Shown: piece by piece, positions 1-10,638 of the stretch
How positions within the stretch are numbered: position 1 is the stretch's first letter
Layout: each line of letters opens with the position of its first letter
Assembly (NCBI GenBank): GCA_003141955.1
Contig: PLOC01000094.1
Location: 35,000 to 98,999 of the forward strand
Reading direction: 5' to 3'
DNA length: 64,000 nucleotides
Source: Chloroflexota bacterium
Lineage (GTDB): Bacteria; Chloroflexota; Limnocylindria; Limnocylindrales; CSP1-4
Notes under the pieces: model-generated
The model's input: the letters and a program-made list of their open reading frames with translations, nothing else
Databases searched by the model: none
Told to the model about the DNA's origin: nothing
Made by a program: the position numbers and the translations under genes

Positions 1-195
1 GGCCCATGTCAACATGACCAGCAGAGTCGCCACCTCGGCGCCGAAGCGGACTCTCGCGCTGGGCTCAGCGCCGCCTGCATCGCCGGCCCTTTGCTCTCCG
101 CGGCCGTCAGTCGCGGCCGTGGAAGCTCCACGGCGGATCATCGGGTTCGATGTCGGATCGAGCCGAGCCGCCGCGCTCGATGTGTGGAAACGCAA

Positions 196-220
196 TCGCC
201 CGGGCCTTCGGCCCGGGCGA
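196..220 (-). terminator. GC-rich hairpin terminator after small ORF 247..402
   Basis: Perfect 10-bp stem tcgcccgggc / gcccgggcga with a 5-nt loop. On the minus strand it is followed by TTGCGTTTCC and begins 27 nt after the stop codon at 247. Confidence 0.5.
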
Positions 221-246
221 CCGTCGCGGATCGTAGGTGACAGATG

Positions 247-402
247 TCAGCCGTTCTCCTGGTCCAGCTCGAGCGACTCCTCGTCGCCCTCTTCGGTGAG
301 CTTGAGCCAGACGAACAGTCCCGCCAGGACGATGAGCGGGATGACCACGAGCGCGGCGAGCGTGACCAGCACGAGCACCATCAGAATCTTCAGGATCTTC
401 AT
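247..402 (-). CDS. 51-aa hydrophobic micro-protein with acidic tail (below the ORF-track size cutoff)
   Basis: Own minus-strand translation: MKILKILMVLVLVTLAALVVIPLIVLAGLFVWLKLTEEGDEESLELDQENG*. The ATG is preceded by GTGAGGTAAGCCC (SD-like). Third positions are G/C-rich. It lies 44 nt downstream of co-oriented gene 447..971 and is followed by a hairpin. Confidence 0.55.
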   Translation of the reverse strand: MKILKILMVLVLVTLAALVVIPLIVLAGLFVWLKLTEEGDEESLELDQENG

Positions 403-446
403 GGGCTTACCTCACATGGCCGCTTCGTATCGACCGCTCTGCCGGC

Positions 447-971
447 TCAAGCCCCGGGTTGGGGCTTGGCCGCTTTCTCACCTCTGGATTCCGGAGCCGA
501 GGCGATGAGAGACTCGACCTCTTCGCGTGTGAATTCCGCGATCACGTGCCGGCTGCCGGTCTGCGTCCACATCAGCAGTCGAAGCACGAAGGCGCCGTCC
601 TGCTCGAAGAAGAAGATGTCGCGCGGCTTCTGCTCGTCGACGTATCGCCCGACCACGCGGAACGCCTGCTCATAGTAGCCCGCCTGCCCCCAGGTGACCG
701 CCCGCTGCTGGTTGTCGCGCCTGGCGTGGCCCTCTTCCATGAATCGAGCGATGTCGTCGTCCAGGAACGTGAAGGTCTCCTTGGCCTGCTGGCCCAGGTG
801 CTCGGACCACACGCCGGTGGTGGTCGTCTCCACCACCATTCCCTGGACCACGAAACCGTCGGGCGCCTCCACGAGGAGGACTTCCTTCATCCCTCGCTGA
901 TCGAGGAAGGCGCCGATCGAGCGCAGCACTTCCTCGTAGTTCTGGCGAGGACTGCCATCGTAGATTCGCAT
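447..971 (-). CDS. Hypothetical soluble protein made of two tandem copies of a ~75-aa module; family not recognised
   Basis: 174-aa ORF. SD GAGGAAG lies 4 nt upstream of the ATG at 971. There is a clear internal repeat: YEEVLRSIGAFLDQRGMKEVLLVEAPDGFVV versus YEQAFRVVGRYVDEQKPRDIFFFEQDGAFVL. Confidence 0.75.
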   Translation of the reverse strand: MRIYDGSPRQNYEEVLRSIGAFLDQRGMKEVLLVEAPDGFVVQGMVVETTTTGVWSEHLGQQAKETFTFLDDDIARFMEEGHARRDNQQRAVTWGQAGYYEQAFRVVGRYVDEQKPRDIFFFEQDGAFVLRLLMWTQTGSRHVIAEFTREEVESLIASAPESRGEKAAKPQPGA

Positions 972-1198
972 CTGCTTCCTCGCGTTTGCGGGACCGCGTT
1001 TCGAAGTTGCCGGTAACCTGCAACGATCGACAATGCCCGACCTCCCCGTCGCGGCAGCGCCGGTATCCCGAGTGTACCAGCCTCTTCGGCAGGAGCAACA
1101 AGGTTCGACTCGAAGTCGGCCTCACCTGCCATGCGGTGGCAGTCGACTCACCATCCGGTGGCGGGCGATCCTCGCGCGTGGTTCCTGGGCCTCGGGTC

Positions 1199-1206
1199 GG
1201 TAGAAT
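1199..1206 (+). promoter_or_regulatory. Candidate -10 element GGTAGAAT upstream of tkt
   Basis: GGTAGAAT lies 118 nt upstream of the tkt ATG. The same octamer or a one- or two-mismatch variant recurs upstream of five other plus-strand genes in the window. No convincing -35. Confidence 0.3.
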
Positions 1207-1323
1207 GGCACCGTCAACGGGCCCGGAGCGGACGATCAGCGGCGGATCGACGGTCGCGCCCACCTCGAAGGGCACCGAGCCGGCCCGGGTCGGCAAGTAC
1301 TAGAGATCGGGAGCGGAGCTCGA

Positions 1324-3387
1324 ATGACCGAAACGGCCGGTGCGCTGGACCAGCTTGCGATCGACACCATCCGGACGCTTTCCATAGACGCCGTCCAGAA
1401 GGCCAATTCGGGCCATCCGGGCGCGCCGATGGGGATGGCGCCGATGGCCTACACGCTGTGGACGCGATTCCTGCGCCACGCCCCGAGCGAGCCGACCTGG
1501 CCTAACCGCGACCGCTTCCTGCTCTCGGCCGGCCACGCCAGCATGCTGCTGTACTCGCTGCTATATCTGACCGGCTACGGGCTCACGCTCGAGGATCTCG
1601 AATCGTTCCGCCAGTGGGGCTCCAAGACGCCCGGCCACCCTGAGCATGGGCACACCAGGGGCGTCGAGGCCACGACCGGGCCGCTCGGCCAGGGCTTCGC
1701 CAACGGCGTCGGCATGGCCATCGCGGAGCGCCGTCTCGCGACCGAGTTCAACCGGCCCGGCCACAACCTGATCGACCACTACGTGTACGCCATCTGCTCC
1801 GACGGCGACCTCCAGGAGGGCATCTCCGCCGAGGCCGCCTCTCTGGCGGGGCATCTGAAGCTGGGCCGGCTTGTCTACCTCTACGACGACAACCACATCC
1901 AGCTCGACGGGCCGACGGCCCTCGCCTTCTCCGATCGGACCCTGGAGCGCTTCGACTCGTACGGCTGGCATACGGCCCGGGTCGAGGACGGCAACGACGT
2001 GGCCGCGATCGGGGCCGCGATCGAGGCGGCGCGGGGCGACGAGCGGCCCAGCCTGATCGCGGTGCGGACGCACATCGGCTACGGCGCGCCGACCAAGCAC
2101 GACTCCCAGAAGGCGCACGGCTCTCCGCTCGGTGAGGAGGAAGTCCGCGGCGCCAAGCAGTTCTACGGCTGGGATCCGGACAAGCACTTCTTCGTTCCCG
2201 AGGAGGCGCTCGCGCTCTACCGCCGGGCCGTGCCCGCGGGCCAGAAGCTCGTCGCCGAGTGGAACGAGGCTCTGTCGCGCTATGCTCGCGACTACCCGGC
2301 CGAGGCCGCCGAGCTACGGCGGCGGCTGGCCTGCAAGCTCCCCGACGGCTGGGACAAGAGCCTGAAGAGCTACCCCGTCGGCGACGGGCCGGCGACGCGC
2401 AAGGCCAGCCAGGAGGCGATCAACGCCCTGGCCGGGCCGCTGCCGGAGCTGTTCGGCGGCGCGGCCGACCTGTCCGAGTCCAACCTGACCGACGTCGAGG
2501 GGGCCGGCATCCTGGAGCCGGATCTGCCGGGCGGACGCAACATCAGGTTCGGCGTCCGCGAGCACGCCATGGGCGGCATCGTCAATGGCATCGCCCTGTA
2601 CGGCGCCTTCATCCCGTACGCGGCCACCTTCCTCACGTTCAGCGACTACATGCGTGGCTCGGTTCGGCTGGCCGCTCTTCAGAAGCTGCGCCTGGTCTAC
2701 GTCTGGACACACGACTCGATAGGTGTGGGTGAGGACGGGCCCACGCACCAGCCGATCGAGCACGTGGCTGCCCTGCGCGCCATACCCAACCTGACCGTCA
2801 TGCGCCCCGGCGACGCCAACGAGACGGCCGCGGCCTGGGCCTGCGCCATCGCCGTATGCGAGGGCCCGACCGCACTGGTGCTGACCCGCCAGAAGCTGCC
2901 GATCCTCGCCGGCACAGCCGAGAAGGCGCGCCAGGGAGTGGCGAAGGGTGGCTACGTCCTGCGCGACGCTTCCGGCGACAGGGCCAGACCGGACCTGATC
3001 CTGATCGGCACCGGCTCGGAGCTGCAGCTGGCCATGGCCGCCGCCGAGGCGCTGGAGAAGGAAGGCATTCGGAGCCGCGTCGTGAGCCTCCCGTGCTGGG
3101 AGCGTTTCGAGGCGCAGGACGCGGCGTATCGAGAGGCCGTCCTGCCGCGCGCCAGCCGCAAGCGTGTCACGATCGAGGCGGAAAGCCCATTCGGGTGGGA
3201 ACGCTACGCTGGCGACGAGGGCGTGATCGTGGGCATCGACCGCTTCGGCGCCTCGGCTCCGGCGGAGCAGATCTTCGAGGCATTCGGCATCACCGCGGAT
3301 CGGGTCATCGAGCTCGGCCGAGAGGTCGTCCGCGAAGGGCTGCACGGTCGCGTCGTCGCGACCGACGCCGGCTCGGGCACGCACTAA
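1324..3387 (+). CDS. tkt: Transketolase
   Basis: 687 aa. N-terminus [23 protein letters not shown]-binding [11 protein letters not shown], and [19 protein letters not shown], all classic transketolase motifs. Confidence 0.97.
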   Translation: MTETAGALDQLAIDTIRTLSIDAVQKANSGHPGAPMGMAPMAYTLWTRFLRHAPSEPTWPNRDRFLLSAGHASMLLYSLLYLTGYGLTLEDLESFRQWGSKTPGHPEHGHTRGVEATTGPLGQGFANGVGMAIAERRLATEFNRPGHNLIDHYVYAICSDGDLQEGISAEAASLAGHLKLGRLVYLYDDNHIQLDGPTALAFSDRTLERFDSYGWHTARVEDGNDVAAIGAAIEAARGDERPSLIAVRTHIGYGAPTKHDSQKAHGSPLGEEEVRGAKQFYGWDPDKHFFVPEEALALYRRAVPAGQKLVAEWNEALSRYARDYPAEAAELRRRLACKLPDGWDKSLKSYPVGDGPATRKASQEAINALAGPLPELFGGAADLSESNLTDVEGAGILEPDLPGGRNIRFGVREHAMGGIVNGIALYGAFIPYAATFLTFSDYMRGSVRLAALQKLRLVYVWTHDSIGVGEDGPTHQPIEHVAALRAIPNLTVMRPGDANETAAAWACAIAVCEGPTALVLTRQKLPILAGTAEKARQGVAKGGYVLRDASGDRARPDLILIGTGSELQLAMAAAEALEKEGIRSRVVSLPCWERFEAQDAAYREAVLPRASRKRVTIEAESPFGWERYAGDEGVIVGIDRFGASAPAEQIFEAFGITADRVIELGREVVREGLHGRVVATDAGSGTH

Positions 3388-3398
3388 AGAGGAGACCG

Positions 3399-3878
3399 AT
3401 GCGCATCGCACTCGCAGCCGACCATGCCGGGGCCGAGCTCAAGAGCGAGCTTCTGACCAGGCTGGCGCCGCTGGGCCACACGCTGATCGATCTGGGCGGC
3501 GACGGCAGCAACCCCGACGACGACTACCCGGACTACAGCCGCGCCCTCGCCGGGGCGATCCTGGCCGGCAAGGCCGATCGTGGCATCCTGGTCTGCGGCA
3601 GCGGGGTCGGAGCCTCGATCGCCGCGTCCAAGATGCCCGGCATCCGGGCCGGGCTCTGCCACGACTACTACTCGGCCGGCCAGGGCGTCGAGCACGACGA
3701 CATGAACGTGCTTGCGCTCGGGGCCCGGGTCATCGGCGTGGAGACGGCCGTTTCGTGCGCCACTGCCTTCCTGGCGGCCACGTTCAGCGGCGCGCCGCGC
3801 CACGTGCGCCGGGTCGGCAAGATCCGAGCCATCGAGCAGGAGGCCGCGCGCCTGGAAGCGGCCAAAGGAATCAGATAG
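3399..3878 (+). CDS. rpiB: Ribose-5-phosphate isomerase B (RpiB/LacA/LacB family)
   Basis: ATG at 3399 preceded by AAAGAGGAGA. MRIALAADHAG...GILVCGSGVGASIAASK...NVLALGARV is the RpiB signature. The upstream part of track ORF 2856..3878 overlaps tkt and is not coding. Confidence 0.93.
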   Translation: MRIALAADHAGAELKSELLTRLAPLGHTLIDLGGDGSNPDDDYPDYSRALAGAILAGKADRGILVCGSGVGASIAASKMPGIRAGLCHDYYSAGQGVEHDDMNVLALGARVIGVETAVSCATAFLAATFSGAPRHVRRVGKIRAIEQEAARLEAAKGIR

Positions 3879-3963
3879 GCGAACCAGACGGCGGAGCGGC
3901 GATCGAGCCGGCGTCACCGGTCGCCGCTGCGTCAAGACACCGACCAGTCATGAGGCTTTCGCA

Positions 3964-5709
3964 ATGACCGAACCGAAGGCTCAGGGACCGCTCGCCCTTG
4001 ATCTGACACCTGGCGATGCCAGGCTGGACGCTGCTCTTGCCGAAGCTCGCGCCAGAGCGGTACGCGAGAACTGGGCCGACCGAGCCGTCGGCCGGCGCGA
4101 CCCGACCGTGTGGTCGGCAGACGAGATCGTCCAGCGGGCGATCGCCCAGCGCCTGGGCTGGCTCGAGGCGCCGTTCCACTTCGCGGACGAGACGGAGGAA
4201 CTCGCGGCCTTTGCCCAGGCCATTCGAGACCAGGGATTCACCACCGCGGTCCTGGGCGGGATGGGTGGCAGCAGCCTCGCGCCGGCGCTCCTGGCGCAGG
4301 TGTTCGTCACCTCGGAAGGCGCCACGCCCGTTCGCGTCCTGGATTCGACCGACCCGGCCGCAGTCGCCGCGACCCTGGACGACCTGGACCCGACGCGCAC
4401 CCTCTTCATCGTCTCAACCAAGTCCGGCACCACGGCGGAGTCGCTCTCGTTCCAGGCCTACCAGTGGGAGCGAATCGCCGCGTCCCTCGAGGCAGCGGGC
4501 GTTGGCCGGCCCACGCAGCCGGGCGATTTCATGGTCGCGATCAGCGACCCGCAGAGGAGCGTGCAGTCGATCCCCCACCACGACCAGCTGCGCGAGCTCT
4601 TCCTGAACCCACCGGACGTGGGCGGGCGGTACTCCGCGCTGACATACGTCGGCCTTGTCCCCGGCGCGCTGCTCGGCCTTGATCTGGACGAGCTGTTGCG
4701 GCGGGCCCGCGAGATGGTCGTCGCCTGCGGCCACTCCGACCCGGCGGTCAATCCTGGTCTGGCGCTCGGCTTGGCGATGGGCGTTCTGGCGAAGAGAGGG
4801 CGCGACAAGCTCACCTTCGTCATCGACCGCGAGCTCGCCGCCTTCGGGCCGTGGGTCGAGCAGCTGATCGCCGAGAGCACCGGGAAACATGGCGTCGGTG
4901 TCGTGCCGGTGGATGGCGAGCCGCTCGCCGCCGTGTCGGCCTACGGCAACGACCGCGTCTTCGTGCGGATCGCGCTGGCCGGTTCGGCCGGCCCGGATCC
5001 GTCCATCGGCTCGAACGTCGATGCGCGCCTCGCGGAGCTGTCCGCGGCCGGTCACCCCGTCCTTCGCGTCGCCGTCGACTCGAAGATCGACATCGGCGCC
5101 GAGTTCGTGCGCTGGGAGGTTGCGACCGCGCTGTGCGGAGTCGTCCTGGGGATCGACCCGTTCGATCAGCCCAACGTCGAGGAGGCGAAGACGAATACCC
5201 GCGCCGTCATCGCTTCCTTCGAGAGCGGCGGCGCCGCGGCCGGTGGAGAAGCGCAGGGAGTGGCTGACGAGGCCGCCCTCGCGGCCGCGCTGAAGAAGGC
5301 GCTGCCCGCGCTGGCCCCGAACGGCTACGCCTCGATCCAGGCCTACGTCGCCCAGACGCCCGATCGCGACGCCGCCCTGGCCCGCATTCGAACTCTGCTC
5401 CGCGACAACACCCGCCGGGCCACGACCGTGGGCTATGGCCCGCGCTTCCTCCACTCCACGGGCCAGCTGCACAAGGGCGGCGCCCCGATCGGCTGGTTCC
5501 TGCAGCTGGTGGCCGAGCACCCCGACGACCGCGAGATCCCGGGCAAGGCGTACACCTTCGGCCAGCTGATCGACGCCCAGGCGATCGGAGACGCCCGAAC
5601 GCTGGAAGACCACAAGCTGCCGGTTCTTCGAATCAACCTCGGACAAAACCCCGACGCCGGCCTGGCCGCCCTCGAGCGGGCCCTGGCCGCGGCGCTGAAG
5701 GAGGCGTGA
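3964..5709 (+). CDS. pgi: Glucose-6-phosphate isomerase (type that occurs fused to transaldolase in some bacteria)
   Basis: Start chosen at MTEPKAQ (ATG 3964). LGGMGGSSLAP and IVSTKSGTTAESL are phosphoglucose isomerase SIS-domain motifs. About 581 aa. Confidence 0.88.
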   Translation: MTEPKAQGPLALDLTPGDARLDAALAEARARAVRENWADRAVGRRDPTVWSADEIVQRAIAQRLGWLEAPFHFADETEELAAFAQAIRDQGFTTAVLGGMGGSSLAPALLAQVFVTSEGATPVRVLDSTDPAAVAATLDDLDPTRTLFIVSTKSGTTAESLSFQAYQWERIAASLEAAGVGRPTQPGDFMVAISDPQRSVQSIPHHDQLRELFLNPPDVGGRYSALTYVGLVPGALLGLDLDELLRRAREMVVACGHSDPAVNPGLALGLAMGVLAKRGRDKLTFVIDRELAAFGPWVEQLIAESTGKHGVGVVPVDGEPLAAVSAYGNDRVFVRIALAGSAGPDPSIGSNVDARLAELSAAGHPVLRVAVDSKIDIGAEFVRWEVATALCGVVLGIDPFDQPNVEEAKTNTRAVIASFESGGAAAGGEAQGVADEAALAAALKKALPALAPNGYASIQAYVAQTPDRDAALARIRTLLRDNTRRATTVGYGPRFLHSTGQLHKGGAPIGWFLQLVAEHPDDREIPGKAYTFGQLIDAQAIGDARTLEDHKLPVLRINLGQNPDAGLAALERALAAALKEA

Positions 5710-5713
5710 CGTC

Positions 5714-6610
<897 letters not shown>

Positions 6611-6638
6611 CGGCCGGACCGCAGCCGCGCCTCGACCG

Positions 6639-8267
6639 ATGAGCCCGACTCGCGCGCCTGTTCCGCCGCCGCCGGCCAGGACGGCTCGCCAGCTGCGGGA
6701 GGCGACCTCCTCCGCGCGCCGCCGGCACCGTCCGGACGCGGACCTCAACCCGCTCCGTCAGGGACTTCGCCTGGAGCGAGTCCCGGACCCGTGCAGCTTC
6801 GTTCTGTTCGGCGCCACCGGCGATCTGGCCCACCGAAAGGTGATACCGGCCATCTACCAGCTGTGGCGGACGAACCTCCTGCCGGCCGAGTTCAGCATCG
6901 TCGCGGTGGCCCGCCGGCCCTACACGGACGAGGCGTTCGGCGCCGAGGTTCGCGCCTCGGTGGAGGCGAATTCGCGCGTGCAGCCGGTAGACGAGGCGGC
7001 CTGGGCAGAGCTGGCGAAGCGGATCACCTACCAGCAGCTCGACTTCGGGGACGACGCCGGCTTCGACCGCCTGAGCGAGCGGCTCGACGCCCTGGATGCG
7101 GAGCGGGGCACCGCCGGCAACCGCCTCTTCTACCTGGCCACGCAACCCTCTCAGGTGACGGAGATCGTCCGCCAGCTGGGCCGCGTCGGGCTCGACCACG
7201 AGATGCGCGGCTCGGGCTGGCGTCGAGTGGTAGTCGAGAAGCCGTTCGGCCGCGACTACGAGTCGGCCCGCCGGCTCAACCACGAGGTGGCCAAGGTCTT
7301 CCGCGAGTCGCAGGTCTATCGCATCGACCATTACCTGGGCAAGGAAACCGTCCGCAACCTCCTGGTCTTTCGCTTCGGCAACGGCATCTTCGAGCCAGTC
7401 TGGAACCGCAGCTACGTGGACCATGTCCAGATCACCGTGGCCGAGTCGCTCGGCGTGGAGAGTCGGGGTGCCTTCTACGAGGAGACCGGCGCCAGCCGCG
7501 ACATCCTGCAGAACCATCTGCTGCAGCTGATGACTCTCGTGGCCATGGAGCCCCCCTCCTCGTTCCACGCCGACGCCCTGCGCGACCAGAAGCTGCAGGT
7601 CCTGCGGGCCATCGCGACACCCGACGTCGAGCACGTCCGGCACGACGTCGTGCGCGGGCAGTACGGCTCCGGCTGGGCCCAGGGAGCGGCCGCTCCGGGC
7701 TACCGCGAGGAGCCGGAAGTGGATCCCGAATCGGAGACGGAAACGTACGTCGCCGGCCGCTTCACGATCGAGGACTGGCGCTGGAGCGGCGTGCCGTTCT
7801 ACCTGCGGGCCGGCAAGCGGCTGCCCGAGCGCACCACGGAGATCGCGATCCAGTTCAAGGAAGTGCCGCTGCCCCTCTTCCGCGAGTCGACCGGCGACCC
7901 CGCGCCCAACGTCCTGGCGATGCGGATCCAGCCCGACGAGGGCATCATGCTCCGCTTCGCGGCCAAAGTGCCGGGCCTGGGCCTGGACGTCCGGACGGTC
8001 AACATGGACTTCGACTACGGCACCTCCTTTTCCGTGGACTCGCCCGACGCGTACGAGACGCTGATTCTCGACGCCCTCCTGGGGGACGCCTCGCTCTTCA
8101 CCCGGGCCGACGAAGTCGAGGCGGCCTGGGCCGTCGTGACGCCGATCATCGAGGGCTGGGCGGCGATGCCGGCGCCGCGCTTCCCCAACTACGCGGCCGG
8201 AACCTGGGGGCCCGAGGCGGCCGACGAGCTGATGGAACGGGACGGGCGCCGATGGCGCCGAATCTGA
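6639..8267 (+). CDS. zwf: Glucose-6-phosphate 1-dehydrogenase
   Basis: FVLFGATGDLAHRK (NADP site), RIDHYLGKE (active-site motif) and ILQNHLLQL. The N-terminal ~45 aa are Arg/Pro-rich, so the true start may be later. Confidence 0.95.
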   Translation: MSPTRAPVPPPPARTARQLREATSSARRRHRPDADLNPLRQGLRLERVPDPCSFVLFGATGDLAHRKVIPAIYQLWRTNLLPAEFSIVAVARRPYTDEAFGAEVRASVEANSRVQPVDEAAWAELAKRITYQQLDFGDDAGFDRLSERLDALDAERGTAGNRLFYLATQPSQVTEIVRQLGRVGLDHEMRGSGWRRVVVEKPFGRDYESARRLNHEVAKVFRESQVYRIDHYLGKETVRNLLVFRFGNGIFEPVWNRSYVDHVQITVAESLGVESRGAFYEETGASRDILQNHLLQLMTLVAMEPPSSFHADALRDQKLQVLRAIATPDVEHVRHDVVRGQYGSGWAQGAAAPGYREEPEVDPESETETYVAGRFTIEDWRWSGVPFYLRAGKRLPERTTEIAIQFKEVPLPLFRESTGDPAPNVLAMRIQPDEGIMLRFAAKVPGLGLDVRTVNMDFDYGTSFSVDSPDAYETLILDALLGDASLFTRADEVEAAWAVVTPIIEGWAAMPAPRFPNYAAGTWGPEAADELMERDGRRWRRI

Positions 8268-9460
8268 GGCCGCCCGAGGTCCTGCACTCGGTGCCCGAGA
8301 TCGAGCGGGCACTGGCTCACATCTGGGCGGACGCGACCACGCACCGGGGCGACGGCGAGCATCATGTCGCGGCGCGTTCGAGCGTGCTCAACCTGGTCGT
8401 CGTCGCGGGCCGGCGGGAGACGGCCGAGCGCTGCGCCGCCACCATCGAGGCCACGGCCGGACGGCACCCCTCGCGATCACTGATCCTGTCCGCGCTCGAC
8501 GATGAGAGCCGGCCCGGTCTCGACGCCACGATCCGGACGGTCGCGGTGGCGACCGCCGCCGGCGGGACGCCCCAGACCGGGGCGGAGACGATTTACGTGA
8601 CCGTGCATGGCCAGACCAGCCATCACCTGGCCTCGATCATCGTTCCTCTGCTCGTCCACGATCTGCCCGTGGCGCTGTGGTGGCCGCGCGACCCACAGTT
8701 CAACTCTCATCGGGCCGATCGGCTGCTGCCCATCGCCGATCGCCTCATCGTCGACGGCTCCTCGTGGTCCGGCGACGGCCTGGACCGCCTGGGCGCGATG
8801 GCGCTCGTGACGCAGGGCCGACGTCTGGTCGTCGCCGATTTCGCGCTGCTCCGCCAGGCTCGCTGGCGCGAGGCGCTGGCCTCCGTCTACGACCTGCCCG
8901 ACCTTCGGCCGCACCTGCGGGCGATTCGGTCGATCACGGTCGAGTTCGCCGCCCCCGAGGGAGGCGATCCCACGGGGCTGACGAACGTCGTGCGGCCCGT
9001 CTATCACGTGGCCTGGCTTGCCTCTCGGTTGGGCATGAGCGTCGTCGAGCCGATGCGGAGGCTCCCCGACGGCCGCCGGGTTGCCGCCCTGCGCCAGGGC
9101 AACCACGTGGTGGCCGCCGAATGGCGGCCGGTCTGCTCGGACCTCGGCGAAGGCTCGACGGTTCGGGTGGAGATCGCCTCCCGGCTGTCCGGCGCGGAGC
9201 TGGTGGGCGAGGTGACTGCGGGAGACCGCACCGTGGAGGTCGCCATCGACGACAAGGGCCGCGAGCGCGTTCGACGCACCTATCTGGCTCCCCGACTCGG
9301 AGAGGTAGACCTGCTCGAACGGGCGTTGGAAGATAGCGCCAGCGATTCGGTCGCCGCCGAGGCCCTGGCGATGGCCGGCAACCTGATCGCCGCGGAGCCG
9401 ACGCCGCGCAGAGCCGTCGTCGGAGCCGTCGAAAGGCACAGGAGCCGGGACCATGACTGA
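8252..9460 (+). CDS. opcA: OpcA, glucose-6-phosphate dehydrogenase assembly/allosteric effector protein
   Basis: ATG 8252 overlaps the zwf stop by 16 nt. It occupies the conserved position between zwf and pgl. OpcA-like strings: SSVLNLVVV, HPSRSLIL, LPVALWWP, DRLIVDG. It is the last part of the 889-aa track ORF 6791..9460; the rest of that ORF is a zwf shadow. Confidence 0.8.
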   Translation: MAPNLRPPEVLHSVPEIERALAHIWADATTHRGDGEHHVAARSSVLNLVVVAGRRETAERCAATIEATAGRHPSRSLILSALDDESRPGLDATIRTVAVATAAGGTPQTGAETIYVTVHGQTSHHLASIIVPLLVHDLPVALWWPRDPQFNSHRADRLLPIADRLIVDGSSWSGDGLDRLGAMALVTQGRRLVVADFALLRQARWREALASVYDLPDLRPHLRAIRSITVEFAAPEGGDPTGLTNVVRPVYHVAWLASRLGMSVVEPMRRLPDGRRVAALRQGNHVVAAEWRPVCSDLGEGSTVRVEIASRLSGAELVGEVTAGDRTVEVAIDDKGRERVRRTYLAPRLGEVDLLERALEDSASDSVAAEALAMAGNLIAAEPTPRRAVVGAVERHRSRDHD

Positions 9461-10322
9461 GCACGAGCCGGACCTATCCATGGCGCCCGATCGGCTGGCC
9501 GGCACGAGCGTCTCTGGCCTGCCGGCTCCAAACCAGGGCGAGCCCGACCTGATGGTCGTGGCCGACGCCAACGCCGCCGCTCACGAGGCCGCCGAACGGA
9601 TCGCCGCCGCGCTCGTGGCCGCCGTCGAGCGACGCGGCCGGGCCGACTTCTGCACCACTGGAGGCAACACGCCCATACCGATATACCGGCTCCTGTCGCA
9701 GCTGCCGCTGTGCGATCGCATTCCCTGGCAGCAGGTCCACGTCTGGTGGGGCGACGACCGCTACGTGCCGCGAAGCCACCCCGAGTCCAACGTGACGAGC
9801 CTGGACGACGTGCTTCTGGGCGGCGAGGGCGAGCACGGCAGCGCCCCTCTCCCGACCGCGAACATCCACGTCTTCCCCACGGATCGGGCCATCGCGGACT
9901 ACCACGACACCGCCTGGTGCGCCGCCCGCTACGCCGAGGAGATGGCCCGCCGGCTGCCCCTCACGGACGGCAACTGGCCGGTCTTCGACCTCATCCTGGT
10001 CGGCGTCGGCGATGACGGCCACGTTCTCTCCGTCTTCCCCGACAGCCCGGCGCTGGACCGAATGGATTGGGCCATGGGAGTGCCCGCGCCCACGCACATC
10101 GGCCCGCACCTGCCTCGCGTGACGGTCAATCCGCGCCTTCTCGAGGCGGCGCCGGTCCTGGTCGTGACGTGGGGCGAGAACAAGGCCGAGGCCCTGGGCC
10201 ACGTCTTCGGCGAGGTGCGCGACGACCGCCGCTGGCCCGTCCAGCGAACCCGCCGTCCCGGCGCGGCCTGGATCGTGGACGAGGCCGCCGCGGCTCGGAT
10301 CCCGGCCGGGCTGCGGGGGTAA
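9453..10322 (+). CDS. pgl: 6-phosphogluconolactonase
   Basis: CTTGGNTP and LILVGVGDDGHVLSVFP are motifs of the lactonase/glucosamine-6-P isomerase fold. The start overlaps the opcA stop by 8 nt. An internal start at MVVADANA is possible. Confidence 0.88.
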   Translation: MTEHEPDLSMAPDRLAGTSVSGLPAPNQGEPDLMVVADANAAAHEAAERIAAALVAAVERRGRADFCTTGGNTPIPIYRLLSQLPLCDRIPWQQVHVWWGDDRYVPRSHPESNVTSLDDVLLGGEGEHGSAPLPTANIHVFPTDRAIADYHDTAWCAARYAEEMARRLPLTDGNWPVFDLILVGVGDDGHVLSVFPDSPALDRMDWAMGVPAPTHIGPHLPRVTVNPRLLEAAPVLVVTWGENKAEALGHVFGEVRDDRRWPVQRTRRPGAAWIVDEAAAARIPAGLRG

Positions 10323-10638
10323 GGATCCGCGCGAGAGACTCGCGGCGCCCGGCGGCGGCGCGCGGCGACAAGCGGCGGCACGTGGCCCGGGCCGGGCCGC
10401 GGCGCCCGGCGGCGGCAGCGACCGCCTTGAAAGTCCCTCGTCGCGCGGCGCACGCAGATCGGGACAGATTCCCGCCAGACGGGAATTGAGCGGAGTCGGG
10501 GTGGGTCGCAGCCGCCGATGACCCGCTTGCGGAGGATCGGGCACGCTTCAACGCCGGCGATTGGACACAGGGCCGGGCGGCAAGGACCCGCGGCGCAGCG
10601 ACAATCGAGCCCAATTCCCAACCCACGGGTGTTGGTCC

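Noticed and set aside
1-141. Minus-strand frame starting at ATG 141 (MIRRGASTAATDGRGEQRAGDAGGAEPSARVRFGAEVATLLVMLTWA...) that runs off the left edge
   Set aside because: Only 47 codons are visible, with low-complexity composition, no SD and no recognisable motif. I cannot support it as a gene from this window alone.
1095-1135. tRNA-like T-arm string ggttcgactcgaa in the tkt upstream region
   Set aside because: No acceptor stem, D-arm or anticodon stem can be folded around it. I saw no GGTTCGAATCC-type T-loop with a matching 7-bp acceptor anywhere in the window.
6791-9460. 889-aa plus-strand ORF spanning zwf and opcA. Other very long ORFs of the same kind: 6513..8312(-), 25708..28413(+), 34644..37352(-), 61446..63623(-), and 50098..52473(+) upstream of mreB.
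   Set aside because: These are high-GC shadow ORFs. Their translations are Arg/Pro/Gly/Ala-rich with no motifs, and each overlaps a gene with unmistakable family motifs in another frame or strand. Only the parts corresponding to opcA (8252..9460) and mreB (51415..52473) are real.
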